From: Macrostomum hystrix
Lineage: Eukaryota; Animalia; Platyhelminthes
DNA length: 64,000 nucleotides
Assembly (NCBI GenBank): GCA_950097015.1
Contig: CATNEN010000034.1
Coordinates: 682,001 to 746,000, forward strand
Direction: 5' to 3'
The position numbers and the translations under genes are program-made. The notes beneath the pieces are model-generated. The model was given only the letters and a program-made list of their open reading frames with translations. It had not been told where the DNA came from and did not search any database. Shown here one piece after another: positions 24,312-37,492 of the stretch. Within the stretch, counting starts at the first letter, position 1, and the number at the start of each line of letters is the position of its first letter.

Positions 24312-27300
24312 CGATTTGTTAACTCCTTTCATGGACATTTAAATCTGAAATTCTTTGTCGCAGTTTTTTTTCAAATCAGTTCTTCGCGTTAGTTTTTTTT
24401 GCCTTTTGGTTACGGCCTTCTTAATTTAATTTAAATTCGCTCATACTGTATGGTGCTGGTTCCTTTGCTAGAAGTCAGTTTTTTTTCCTTTATTTAACTT
24501 TTGGTAATTGGTTGCTCGTTCCCTTTTTTTTCTTGCTCTGCAACTATCATTTTTTCGCACTCTTCGGTTTATCGATTGTCTCGAAGAAAAAAAAATAACT
24601 TCGTATTTTTTTGGGGAGAGTGTTATTACTTTGTTATTGTTAAATGCTAATCATTTCTATTTTGTTTTCGCTCGCGCGCACCCTTACTGTACTTTCTTCT
24701 CTCTCCCTCTGTCGGCCCTCACCCTCGTCTCTGATTGGCTCGCAGGTCATCTCTCTTTCTTCACCCCCCGTCCCTTTCATCTCTCGGTAAATATATTATT
24801 GACTCTCGGCCTAAAGGGCACGCGCGCCCTCTTAACGTGCCTCGTTCAGAGCCATAAAATTCTTACTGTTAACCCTCAGTTATTTTGCCTTGAAGTCAAT
24901 ACAATACGCAACACGCCGGCCATACATGCAGTGTGGCCCAAAAATAGAGGAAGCGTCAAAACGCGCGCTTAAGGGATAGTTCACGGACATGCTTCACTCC
25001 ATCAGCCTGGCTTGGAAAAAAGCAGGTCGATGTAACGGGCTGATCGTCCCTGTCCGCGCCTGCACAGTCACTGCGGAGTCCACAGAAGCACGTGGAGCGG
25101 CTCAGGGCAGTAAGCTTCGGTCCTGATCACGTGCCTAGCCAGCCGCAGGCTGTACGTATACGAACCGAAACCAGCCAGAACCGTACAGCCAGAACCGTAT
25201 ACGAAGTATAAAACTAGGGTAACTTCTGATTTGATGCAAATGGTGGATAAATATTTTCTTATCATTTAGTCGTCTAATGTGCAAAGGCACTCGGCTTCTC
25301 ACCGAGTGAGCCTTTGCCCGCTAGACAACAAAAAACCCTTTATACCGGATCAGTCAGAGTCGGATCAACGATTTAGATTTATATTTGAATTGTATTAGTT
25401 AAAAGAGTTACTTTGTTACGTTAATGTTACCATTTTACAATAGATTTTGCACGAAATTGACTTTAAACGTTCCACGAAAACATGAAAGTTATAGGCCTAG
25501 CATGCGCGCGATGGCGGCGTGTCGCGAGATTTTTTATGAGAGAATGTCTACAGTCTACGTCTAGGTGGTTGTTTATCCGAAATAGTTAGCTATAACTTTA
25601 AATGTTGCTTATTACTATTCTCATTGCCCTGGTACAGTTTCAATTAAAAAATGCAAATTGTTGGTTGGCATATTTACAACATGCATAGCTTAGGTTTCAC
25701 TAACTAATTATTCATTCTCCAATCTATTGTGTATCGTTGCATATTATTTAAAAGCATTTATTTAAAAAGAGTTGTTCACCAATGACTGAACTGAGGTGCA
25801 GTTTTGTTTCTGGTTTCCAATTTAGCCATGTTGGTATATTTAATTTCAATAAAGTTGTTAATTTTTTTGGCTTGAAATGACTTAAATCAGACACATCTTT
25901 GCTGCTTTGCAAATCATTAAATATTAAGTTTTAAGTTAAGACATAAGTTAGGGCAACTTATATTTTATGTCCTAATAAAATTAAATTTTGCTTAGCAGGC
26001 AATACTGCAGTTTTTTCTCTATTACACAGAATTTTCTTACTTTTTCTCAATTGTTAATAATACAAAAAATCAACAAAAATTTTTGTCAAACTAATTTCAT
26101 TATTGTCACCTAGCTATAACAAAGGCCATTTTTTCACTCAATTTGTTGCATAATTTTACTTCAGAAAAATATTTGTAAGTTATAATTTAGTATACTTCTA
26201 AAAGACCTCAACTTACTAAGGTCTGAATACTGATAGAACTTGTTATATTCTGTATAATGCCCTTTTTTAAAGCTATCAAACTATTGCTTTCTAATGAACA
26301 ATTGAAATTATTAAAATGTGGATTTCTTTTCAATCAAGAACTAAAAAACAAGAAAACAACATATGTTCAAAAACTTCTAAAATTAAGTTCAAGTTGACCC
26401 TGAATCTTGCACTGCTATAGACATATAGCTAGAGCACTTGGACAAGTGCTAGGCCCTACCCAAAATTTGTTGGCAACAAAGCAATATGTATGCCTTCACA
26501 CTACCAAATAATCAAATACAACTAAACTCTTAGTTGCTAGACTTTTTGTCATAGACAATGAAAGTGAATATAAAAAATAAATCTAACTATTAGAGTGTTA
26601 GACCAATAGGATCTGATAGGATCCAAAAAAATTAACTAGAAAGTCTACTGTATTCTAAGTATTTTTAAACTTGGTTGTTAATTTGATAATGTCACTAGCT
26701 ATGGATTAGGTCAATTTACAAAAAAATAAAATAAGTTAAAAGAATTAAAAGCTTACTATAATACGAGTAGTAAGTAGCTTAGTACTAAGTACTAACTATA
26801 TTTGGCTATAAAGGCTTTTATTTTTATAGACCATGCACACTAACTTCTATCTTGCGAAACATAAAGTATATATGTATGATAATACAAAAGTATTTATTTG
26901 CTATTACTATAAAAAGTCTATAGTAATTATATAGTAATTACAAAAAATACTATTTTATAATAATACACTCATCTTATTTTATATATTTATCAACAAAGGT
27001 TTAGAACAGATTATAGCAAGTTCTTGGGTTATATTTTGAATGAGTAGCTTTTTTGAATTGTGAGTTTGATAAGGCTAGAGAATACTCTAGCATTACTTAT
27101 TTCTGACAGGGGGCATAGCTACTGCAATCGAGCCCCTATTGTAGGAAAGCATAATAAAGATGGAACTTTTTATTATATAGAGCTTAAAATACTTGCAAAA
27201 TGTTTGATTTTATATTATCACTACAATAATACTAACACTACAGACTAGACTACTACTAATAGTAAGTCAGTGAGAGTTATAGAACTTACAACTTAAATCT

Positions 27301-27430
27301 CAAAATAGTATGAAAGTGGTTTACAAAAAAACTTGTAGAACTGATTTCAGGGATTTTTGTTCTTTGTGTTCAATGTATATACAAGTCCTTTTGAACATTT
27401 CAGAGCATATAAACAGTTAATTTTTCTGCA

Positions 27431-27616
27431 ATGTCTGGCCCAGCTGCCTCTTTGAGGATGATCAAGTCTGGTCTATGCCTGGCTCGTTGTCTGTCACAGG
27501 TGCCGAGGACATTGAGCACAGTTTCGAAGCATTTTCTAAATCTGCAGCAGTCAAGTAGGATGGTTGGCAAAACCTGTGTCTCAGGTCGCACCCAAAGGTT
27601 TTCTGTGTCGCACCAG
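27431..27616 (+). CDS. Proposed upstream exon encoding a mitochondrial presequence, probably of the peroxiredoxin
   Basis: 62 codons (MSGPAASLRMIKSGLCLARC...GRTQRFSVSHQ) with 6 Arg, 3 Lys, 11 Ser and no Asp/Glu. Donor CAG|GTAGGT in phase 0 matches the Prx acceptor at 37492. Confidence 0.55.
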
Positions 27617-27822
27617 GTAGGTTCTTAAATAGCGATTCGCTTAACATTTTCCTGATACTCTACTAGCAGTAGCCGATTTCAACCAATGCGCTGTCGAACT
27701 TTCTAGAACATTCATTATGCACTTTTTTAACTGCAACTGGTCAGGGCGCTTAAGCAATTTTTTTTGCTATGCAAAGTAGTAAGTTGTCTCATTGCTTGAT
27801 AGGACATTTCTTTGTAATGAAA

Positions 27823-27975
27823 GAAGTTGCAGCCTAGTGGTTAGAGCGTTAGACTCACGACTTTAAGGCCAGGGGTTCGTTTCCTACTGACAGCTGTTCG
27901 CTCTGACAGCTGTACACAGCCTTCAGATACGCCATAGCTACGGCTGTACTGTCGGCTGCTCATCTGGCCTGATTG
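27823..27975 (+). mobile_element. tRNA-derived SINE, internally deleted copy
   Basis: GTTGCAGCCTAGTGGTTAGAGCGTTAGACTCACG...GGGGTTCGTTTCC head and CAGCCTTCAGAT...GCTGTACTGTCGGCTGCTCATCTGG tail match the 48610-48915 copy. Confidence 0.75.
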
Positions 27976-29978
27976 GAGCATAAATGATTACCGACTAGCC
28001 TTAATGGGTAGGTTTGAGTTTGACTAATACTATGCTCAGAACTTAGGCATCGGTATGTTATAACAAAGTACTTTCAATTAAAATACTTTCTGTACTTTAC
28101 TAGCGGATTTCGAGGACTCAGTGTCAGAAGCTCTCAGACAGAAGTATACTATATCCCAGCTGCAATGACCGCCGTTAAGCGATGTAAGCATAGATAAAAG
28201 TTGGCTAATTTCATTTCGATGTCGACGGTCTACCGTTTAAATAAGTGAACGCTAAAACATTATTTTTTCCGAACCCCACTTTCTGTACTCTCGTTTTTTT
28301 CGTAAGGGAGGCTGCAAACCCGCCTATGTGTACACTGAGAGTGAATGTACAGTCTAGGGGTGCGGTGTTATTTGGACCCTTTCTATTTAGGCTGAGGCTT
28401 AAGCTAAAGTCTGGGGGTGGAGGTGGGGTGGGTGAGCCGTGGGTTTGGAGAAAAGAAGGGCCTCCTCACCAAGGCCAACCCCAAACGGCCAAGGTTTCAT
28501 TGGGTTGAATTCCACTAAACAGACAAACGTGCTTCGTCCGCTCATTTTGTGACACAGCGGAACTCCTGAATAAATATTAACAGATTTTGCTAGTGCTGCG
28601 CTGTTACTGTCTCTCACTCGAATCGATATCAAGCCTTACTCCACCTGTTCAATTCTTTATCGTTGGCTAAGGCAGACTTATTCCTCCCTTCGGTTTGAGT
28701 TTTTTGTCCCCAAAAGTGATATCTTTTTTAAGCAAAAAAGCAAACGGTAAGTTGCGAAGCACTTTTATTTATGTTTAATAAGATATCATTAAAAATGTTT
28801 AGCTTAGGTGTGGCATCAATTAATTATTGAATTTTTTCTCTCGACTTGCTACTGCTAAGCACAGTAAGCACTAAACAGAATGAAAAGAAAGGTTATGCTT
28901 GCTTTTAGCAGTCATCGCTCCTTTAGGAATATTTTACTTATTATAAATTTGTTGTACTTGCACGTTTTCTTATGCCAGATCATGGAACGACTGTTTATTT
29001 ACCCAGTTTAACTATTACCAGAGTCTAACATTTTGTAGTTTTGGGGCCTTAATTGTTAAGCAGAATTATTATAGCAAAAGTTATTGATGGTCATAATTCT
29101 ATTATTAACATACTTATGAGTCTCAGAGTCTTGGCACATATGCATAGATTAGGTAAAATATAATGTAACAAATTTAATTTGAAGCTTTTAGAAAACAATG
29201 ATTATATGCCTAATTTATTCTCAGTCTATATCTTATATCTACTTGCATGTTTTAACTTGTCTAATTTACATTATAAAACATTTAAATTGTGTCAGAAAGT
29301 GTGTCGAAAAATGGTCAGACAACAAAGAAGGCCTCAAATGTAAAATCCTATTTAATATATTTTCTCTTTATTATGCTCACCTGTTAAAACTGGTAGATGA
29401 CTGTTAAGTTTTCCTTGCCACTGGCACAGATGCACACCAGATGTTTCACATAGAATAGACTCCCTGTTTCACATAAACCTTTCTACTTACACATCAGCGA
29501 GTTGGATTACACAGATAATATATTATGACTACCAGCTGTCTGTTGGGTCTCTTCCATTTTCTAAAATGCTTTGAACATTCATGTCTCTTGTATCTATCTG
29601 ACAGATCTTGTGTAGTTCCAATTCTATAAACAAAAAAGTGATGCCAGAATAATTTCTAATTTGCTATAGAACATAGTCCTCAACCCTTTCTTGGGTTCGT
29701 CGCTTTTTGTCGGTTGATAAACTCTACTTGAAGTAGTGTGATTATCATGTTTGGGTTTCCTCGAAAAATATATTTGAATTTTTTTTAAACAGTATTTGGC
29801 ACCCTCAGATTCAATCCAATTGGTCAACGAAGTTGGGGTTGTAGCCAAAGGATTCCTATAAATTCTCAATTGAGGATTTGGAAAGAAAATAAGATTTATA
29901 CACTGCCGATTCGCCTACAACTTCCCGAAAGAAAATTTGTTGAAAAAACAGCAGCTCGCATCCTGAAATAGTGCCACA

Positions 29979-30419
29979 ATGAGCTGCCGACCAGTGAAGC
30001 AGGACTCGCGCGACTCCAGCTCCGAGCGACACGTGTCCTTCTCGCCGGCAGTCCGCAGTCCGCCTAGTCATCGTCGACCTCCGCCCTCTCCGGTGCCGCC
30101 CGAAATGGCAGCGGCAGCCTCCTCGGCCTCTGGAGCCACTGGCGACGGCCATTTGCATCCAGTGAGCCTCTTGGAGCATCCGGAATGCTCGCTAGTGATT
30201 CCCTGCCCTGTGGCCCGAGCTTGCCCAGTTGCTAAGCAACAGCGGCGCCGCGAAGAAGGCGAAGGCGAGGAGGGCTACAGCGAGGGTGACGGTGACGATG
30301 AAGTTGTCTTGCTGATGGATAACAACGACAGAGCTGCAACAGCTGGCGATGGGGAAAAGGGTCTGGTTGCACAGCTTCTGCGTGGCCTCGTTCAGCAGCT
30401 GCAGCTGGCGGAGCCGGCG
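29979..30419 (+). CDS. First coding exon of an uncharacterised protein with a PP1-docking-like RHVSF motif
   Basis: GC-rich exon in AT-rich surroundings. Acceptor GAAATAG 7 nt before the ATG and donor GCG|GTGAGG at 30420. Pro-rich and acidic segments. A possible phase-0 second exon starts at 35372. Confidence 0.5.
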
Positions 30420-30455
30420 GTGAGGAGCTGCGTGTCGTCTGGCAGGTTGCAATGG

Positions 30456-31480
30456 CCTTCAGGTTCCTTTGGACCATGCCACCTTCAGGTTCCTTCAGAC
30501 CATGCCACCTTCAGGTTCCTTCATACCATGCCACCTTCAGGTTCCTTCATACCATGCCACCTTCAGGTTCCTTCAGACCATGCCACCTTCAGGTTCTTCC
30601 ATACCATGCCACCTTCAGGTTCTTCCATACCATGCCACCTTCAGGTTCCTTCAGACCATGCCACCTTCAGGTTCCTTCAGACCATGCCACCTTCAGGTTC
30701 TTCCATACCATGCCACCTTCAGGTTCTTTTAGACCATGCCACCTTCAGGTTCCTTCAGACCATGCCACCTTCAGGTTCCTTCATACCATGCCACCTTCAG
30801 GTTCCTTCATACCATGCCACCTTCAGGTTCCTTCAGACCATGCCACCTTCAGGTTCCTTCATACCATGCCACCTTCAGGTTCCTTCAGACCATGCCACCT
30901 TCAGGTTCTTCCATACCATGCCACCTTCAGGTTCTTTTAGACCATGCCACCTTCAGGTTCCTTCAGACCATGCCACCTTCAGGTTCCTTCATACCATGCC
31001 ACCTTCAGGTTCCTTCATACCATGCCACCTTCAGGTTCCTTCAGACCATGCCACCTTCAGGTTCCTTCATACCATGCCACCTTCAGGTTCCTTCAGACCA
31101 TGCCACCTTCAGGTTCTTCCATACCATGCCACCTTCAGGTTCCTTCATACCATGCCACCTTCAGGTTCTTTTAGACCATGCAACCTTCAGGTTCTTTCAA
31201 ACCATGCCACCTTCAGGTTCCTTCAGACCATGCCACCTTCAGGTTCCTTCATACCATGCCACCTTCAGGTTCCTTCAAACCAAGCCACCTTCAGGTTCTT
31301 TTAGACCATGCCACCTTCAGGTTCTTTTAGACCATCCCACCTTCAGGTTCTTTTAGACCATGCCACCTTCAGGTTCTTTTAGAACATACCAACTTCAGGT
31401 TCTTTCAAACCAAGCCACCTTCAGGTTCTTTTAGACCATGCCACCTTCAGGTTCCTTCGGTCCTTGTCACCCTTCGGTCC
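30456..31480. repeat. 26-bp minisatellite (ACCATGCCACCTTCAGGTTCCTTCAG)
   Basis: About 38 units with variable 3' halves, starting about 36 nt after the donor at 30420. Confidence 0.96.
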
Positions 31481-32771
31481 TTAAAAAAACCTTTAGGTTC
31501 CTACTTGCTTTCTATGTTCTGTATTTCAAACGAAAAATGTGCACAGTTCATTAACCATTCAGCAACCTTTTTTATCATTTGCAAAAGACTTCCAAAAGAT
31601 TTCCAAAAGATTATTCAAAAACAGTATCTGTTTCGTTCAGGATGCACGCTTAATGGCGTGCATTCGCGTGTTCCTATCGCTTTGTACTTTGGTCTTTGCT
31701 GTGCTTATCAAATAACTTACCGACTACTGACTTAAGGTTCACCCGAAGCGAGGCAGAGTGACCAGGGGAAATGGGAAAATGTAAATCAGCCCAGCTCTGG
31801 GTAACCCTGCCAAGAGAGAAAGGGAGAAGAATTACGAATGGAGGCGAACAGACGTCCGGATTAAGGCACTGGCAAGGATTATCGCAATCAGCTTTCTTGG
31901 CCGTAGCTAGATCCCTAATTCGGGTCCCAGCTGGCCAATCGCCGGTATCCCTTTGCTCTCAAACGCGTGCCCCATTCGCCTCCTGTTGTTAATTGAATCG
32001 GGCCCGGGCCGGACTAGACAGAATGCTCCGCCGCCTCGAAAGTGTCCGATTGAGGCCCATTGCGGGCAGGGGAGTCGGCGGTGTCGGCTTCGAGTGGTGT
32101 CCAGAGCGGCTGAAGCCACTCTCCCAATGCATCATATCCTCGCCTTCTCTCTCCGCGCCGGCTCCTTCCTCTTCCAGTTTTTTTTCGCCCTCGCCTTTGC
32201 ATTAGCTCTTACTCTCTTCCTGCCTCTCCCTGGCCTTCCGCTTCATTCAGCTCCTTTACTTCCCCGTGCATTATTAGTCCTCTGCAACCCTGACCTAGTG
32301 TGTTCGCCAGGCTTTCTTAACAGTAAACAGCTGGTTTTCCATCAGGATTAGCCTTACCTGCTTACTCAAGTTAGCTCCATTTTCCGACCATCTAGGCCAA
32401 TAGATGAAAAGGCGAAAATGGGTATAGAAAATATATTCGGACAAAGAGAGGGAATAGAGCCTGTCATGGTATCGCGTGCTGGCCCCACTAATTCCCATTT
32501 GCTTTCCTCTTCTCCTTTTCGCCAGGCCATCTTGGTGCCTAATTGAGAGAGGGGAGAGAGAGCACTCAGCACCGTCAAGTCTCATTCGCACACTGCATGC
32601 TTCAGGGTGTAATATAGTTGCTAAGGAGAGAGTTTTCCTTTCTAAACCGATTGCTATTCATTCTATCCTTCCCTCACTTTTGATTGGCTTTGAGTCCTGC
32701 TCACACAGAAAGTTTTTTCTCTCTTTTGTGTCGCCGTTTGCCGTCCCGGGCTCAACTACCCATTCAGCTAA

Positions 32772-32860
32772 TAATAATTAATAATAATTGCAGGAGGGCT
32801 GCGGGCAATGGCACATCATTTGGTGACCATAGACCCACAGCCAGCGAGAAGGAAATTCTG
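32772..32860 (-). mobile_element. 3' end of a non-LTR retroelement or SINE with (ATT)n tail, copy 1
   Basis: TGCAGGAGGGCTGCGGGCAATGGCACATCATTTGGTGAC preceded by an (AAT)n tract, shared with 52612-52705. Confidence 0.55.
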
Positions 32861-33862
32861 TCTATTTCGCTGACTCCTGAGCACACACGCACACAGATAC
32901 TGTACGCATGCATGCAACTTTCTCATCGTCAGGCAGTGTACACTCTCAATGTGCCTTGAAGATTGGCCCTCAAGGGCGTAAATTGCACGACAAGCCCCCG
33001 AGCCTTCTCTCCGCGGCTGCGCCCCAAATGAATCTGGCCTCGCGCGCGGAGTCGAGCTCAGGGACCTTGGTGTGAGAGGCAAACGCTTTAACCGCTCTGC
33101 CACCGACTCCCCACCCATTCCGCTAGTAGGATGCCATCCTTTTGTGTACTAGTTGCAAATATTTTCCTTTCATTCCGCGCTCCTTCAATGCTTCACTTCA
33201 TATTCTGTATGGTCCTGCACTGAGGAACTTTAATTAGGAACTATCTTGTCTATTCAAGTGAGGAAGGCGAAATGTTGTAATATGCAAAAAATGGAAATGA
33301 GGTGACACATCCTTACCGTGAAGTGCGTGGTGCATAGCAAAGCCAGACTATGTCGAAGTCAAGTGAGCCGCACAATGTCTCCTCTACGCCAAAGAGTAGA
33401 CACTACTAGAAGCCATGGTTTAGGTTATTCACGCGCTCTCAAAGCAGTTATTTTTTACGGATAGAAAGTCCTATCTCTTCATTATCTTATTCGATTTCCT
33501 CTTTCAAACGGAGCGCTTATGGATCTGAAGAAGATCTAAATAAAAGCCGCTGGTATTATTTTCACGAATTTAGTCAGCATCTGGATGCCGCAATTAAAAA
33601 GCTGTCAGATAGCAAAGAGTGATAGAGCGTGCACTTTTACGTTTGACGATAAGTAGACAGTCCCTGAATAGATAGGACGTCAATTCGACTTTATTTTAAT
33701 TAACGCGTTTTAATATTGTGCTACGCATATAATTTTATCGAAATATGTCGATTTGCTGCGATTCAATCACAATGGCGTTCTTTCAATTGGAAGTTTTTTA
33801 TTGCAAAATATCTTTTGCAAAACGCATAAATAGCTAATTATGCGCTCAGAGCCCTCCATTAT

Positions 33863-35354
33863 GCCTGTGACAGTGAGGAATGGGGGACTGAGCAGAGCCT
33901 GTGACAGTGAGGAATGGGGGGGCTGAGCAGAGCCTGTGACAGTGAGGAATGGGGGACTGAGCAGAGCCTGTGACAGTGAGGAATGGAGGGCTGAGCAGAG
34001 CCTGTGACAGTGAGGAATGGGGGGCCGAGCAGAGCCTGTGACAGTGAGGAATGGGGGACTGAGCAGAGCCTGTGACAGTGAGGAATGGAGGGCTGAGCAG
34101 AGCCTGTGACAGTGAGGAATGGAGGGCTGAGCAGAGCCTGTGACAGTGAGGAATGGAGGGCTGAGCAGAGACTGACAGTGAGGAATGGGGGACTGAGCAG
34201 AGCCTGTGACAGTGAGGAATGGAGGGCTGAGCAGAGCCTGTGACAGTGAGGAATGGAGGGCTGAGCAGAGCCTGTGACAGTGAGGAATGGAGGGCTGAGC
34301 AGAGCCTGTGACAGTGAGGAATGGGGGGCTGAGCAGAGCCTGTGACAGTGAGGAATGGGGGGGCTGAGGAGAGCCTGTGAAAGTGAGGAATGGAGGGCTG
34401 AGCGGAGACTGACAGTGAGGAATGGGGGGCTGAGCAGAGCCTGTGACAGTGAGGAATGGAGGGCTGAGCAGAGCCTGTGACAGTGAGGAATGGAGGGCTG
34501 AGCAGAGCCTGTGACAGTGAGGAATGGAGGGCTGAGCAGAGACTGACAGTGAGGAATGGGGGACTGAGCAGAGCCTGTGACAGTGAGGAATGGAGGGCTG
34601 AGCAGAGCCTGTGACAGTGAGGAATGGAGGGCTGAGCAGAGACTGACAGTGAGGAATGGGGGACTGAGCAGAGCCTGTGACAGTGAGGAATGGAGGGCTG
34701 AGCAGAGCCTGTGACAGTGAGGAATGGAGGGCTGAGCAGAGCCTGTGACAGTGAGGAATGGAGGGCTGAGCAGAGCCTGTGACAGTGAGGAATGGGGGGC
34801 TGAGCAGAGCCTGTGACAGTGAGGAATGGGGGGGCTGAGGAGAGCCTGTGAAAGTGAGGAATGGAGGGCTGAGCGGAGACTGACAGTGAGGAATGGGGGG
34901 CTGAGCAGAGCCTGTGACAGTGAGGAATGGAGGGCTGAGCAGAGCCTGTGACAGTGAGGAATGGAGGGCTGAGCAGAGCCTGTGACAGTGAGGAATGGAG
35001 GGCTGAGCAGAGACTGACAGTGAGGAATGGGGGACTGAGCAGAGCCTGTGACAGTGAGGAATGGAGGGCTGAGCAGAGCCTGTGACAGTGAGGAATGGAG
35101 GGCTGAGCAGAGCCTGTGACAGTGAGGAATGGAGGGCTGAGCAGAGCCTGTGACAGTGAGGAATGGGGGGCTGAGCAGAGCCTGTGACAGTGAGGAATGG
35201 GGGGGCTGAGGAGAGCCTGTGAAAGTGAGGAATGGAGGGCTGAGCGGAGACTGACAGTGAGGAATGGGGGGCTGAGCAGAGCCTGTGACAGTGAGGAATG
35301 GAGGGCTGAGCAGAGCCTGTGACAGTGAGATATGGTGGGCCGAGCAGAGCCTGT
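33863..35354. repeat. 34-bp minisatellite (GAGCAGAGCCTGTGACAGTGAGGAATGGAGGGCT), array 1
   Basis: About 44 units with a recurring diagnostic variant pair at about 34367, 34838 and 35208. Confidence 0.97.
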
Positions 35355-35616
35355 TGACTACTTGACTACAGAGTGCATCGGCCCGAGCGGGGAGGCGTAA
35401 AGGACCGCCCTTTTCACTGGCCCCTGGCAACCAGACGATCTCTGATGAGGTGGTGTTGCTCAGGGGACCCACCGTCTCCTGCAGCACGCTCCTCCTCACC
35501 AGCATGAGTGGGGAAGGAGTCAGTTTGTCTGCGGCGTCCCTCAGGACGCTTCTAACCGGGCAAGCAGCGGGGCAGAGGTTTAGTCCAAGATATTTTAACC
35601 TTGCCTTGGAAACTAC
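35355..35616 (-). mobile_element. Short copy of the unique segment also at 40133-40400, probably the 3' end of a LINE
   Basis: Near-identical to 40133-40400 apart from a 10-bp indel and a few substitutions. Minus frame SKARLKYLGLNL aligns with STKARLERLGLNL of the longer copy. Confidence 0.55.
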
Positions 35617-37492
35617 TTACTTTATTTCAGTAAGAAAGATCTGCAAAGTTTTATTTGCTCGTATTATTCAATGACGTACTCGTAGTTTTTCTCAAATCCA
35701 GTAGTTATGTAATCAATGGGAAGCTAGAATAAATAATTATTCTACTCTTATTCTACTCTAATTCTACGAGTATAAAAAAGACTCATTAATTCATTCCATG
35801 AATGTAACATCGCTACAGGATAGAGTGAAAACAGATGTTCAGTGATAAGGGCATACTGTAGCTAAATTGTATGCCTCAGAATGCGGTGAGACTGAGCAGC
35901 TGAGGCCTCAGATAATGTGTGCGCCATCAGCTCATAGGCAACGTTTAGTGCAGCGGTGGGCTGAGCATAGCTATAAAATAGGCGCTAAACACATTTCCAG
36001 CATAAATAATTCAACAATGCTCATTTTGGGACGTCATTAATCTCCCTTTTCGTGTCAGCTTCTTGTTGGCTGCTCTTGTTGCCTCCTCAATCAACTCCTG
36101 TCAGGCTCCTGTTTTGCGTTTTGCCCAACTGTTCAAAGTCACATTTGCTGAGTTTGTTGATGCAAACTTTGTGTTGCAGCTTTGTCGATAGTGAAATAGT
36201 GAAAGCAGCTCTTCGCAAGTCCAAATCCCTCACATCGATGGCTTCTAAGCGATTGCGTCCATCTAGAAGATTATCTATGTCGTCCCAATTCCCATGCTGA
36301 CGGATTATTATGGTTCCATGTCGAGACATTCGACGCAATATTTCAAAACTTGCAAAATACAAACAGGATGGAAAGATTCTTCGGCAAAAATCATACCACG
36401 AATTTCAACTCGTCGTGTTTGCGTGCTAGGCCACAAGCCTGTTGCCGAGTTCTAGCGAGTTTATTGTAAACTGAAAATACTTTGCCCGCCAGACTAAAGC
36501 TGCTCTGATTGGATTGTATCGGTTTTTTTAATGAAATGGCAGCTTTAAGCTTCCCTGCGTACTCGAGGGCAATCGGAATTGCATCGTGGTAGAATTCGAT
36601 GTAGTAGTAACTAGGATATATTTTTTAAGAGAATTGCTTATATCCGAGGCCTGCTTGAGCAGGCGCCGAGACATACAATCAAATGCAATCTCATAAGTCG
36701 CTCAACCGTATTGCCATGCATCGTTCGCATCGCACATTTTAATATCCCTTCACGATTGATCCCATTTCTATCTTTTCCTCTAGCTACCTCGTTCTACTGT
36801 CCATCTATCTCTCCAGATGGGATTCTGAAATCCTCCTAGTTTTTCGCACGGATTAGGTACAACTCAGCTCAAATGAACTCAAATGCACACAGAAAGTCCC
36901 GATGGAATGGGGAAAGCGATTGAGTTCGCTTCACAAGGGAGATCGACTCCTGGCCTACTTGCTCCTCATTTTCTTTCCTGACTCTCTTGATTTTCCTATT
37001 GGCCAGTTTTTTACCTCCGTCTGTGCATCTTTCCTGTCCTATGTTGCTTTAATTAATATCCGTAGCTTCACCATGCACACCTTGGGCGAGAGTAGAAATA
37101 TCCCCTTTTTGATTGCAGTTTCTTCGAAATTGCTACATAGAAATCCCATTTCTGAGGATTCGTTGCCCGTGGGGCTCAAAAGGAATTAGCTATAATCTGC
37201 CACTTGCAGCGTACAGGGTGGAATAAGCTGCAGTCCCAGTCTGAAACTTCTGGTGAATTTTGGTTGAAAAATAAGCGCCACAATTGTACGGAAATTCGGA
37301 TTCGCAGTGAAATAAGTTCTTCTGAATAGCCTAAATACAAGTACAACTTTAAAAAAGGTTTTTGCCCGATTTAAACTCTGTGGCAACTCGGAATTTATGA
37401 TAGGGAACGATTTGGTTTTCTACAAAACATTCATGTGGGAGAGAAAATAAACTACTTTGTTTCCAGTAATTCTTTCCGCAATGATCCCGCAG

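Larger units (their letters stand above)
17981..24903 (+). mobile_element. Full-length BEL/Pao LTR retrotransposon
   Basis: 5' LTR 17981-18261 (281 bp) and 3' LTR 24621-24903 (283 bp), both TG...CA, differing by one substitution and one 2-bp indel. TSD ATACG at 17976-17980 and 24904-24908. PBS TGGCGCCCAA at 18262; PPT GGGGAGAG at 24613-24620. Domain order gag-PR-RT-RH-IN. Confidence 0.97.

Noticed and set aside
25501-25565. ATGGCGGCG start-like motif with a short ORF (MAACREIFYERMSTVYV*)
   Set aside because: It could be a promoter or 5'UTR for the presequence exon, but a stop sits at the candidate donor and no convincing in-frame junction exists. Too weak to call.
27400-27647. Minus-strand ORFs including RPDLIILKE, resembling a restriction-like endonuclease motif
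   Set aside because: Too short, with no adjoining RT or further catalytic residues. The plus-strand presequence exon explains the region better.
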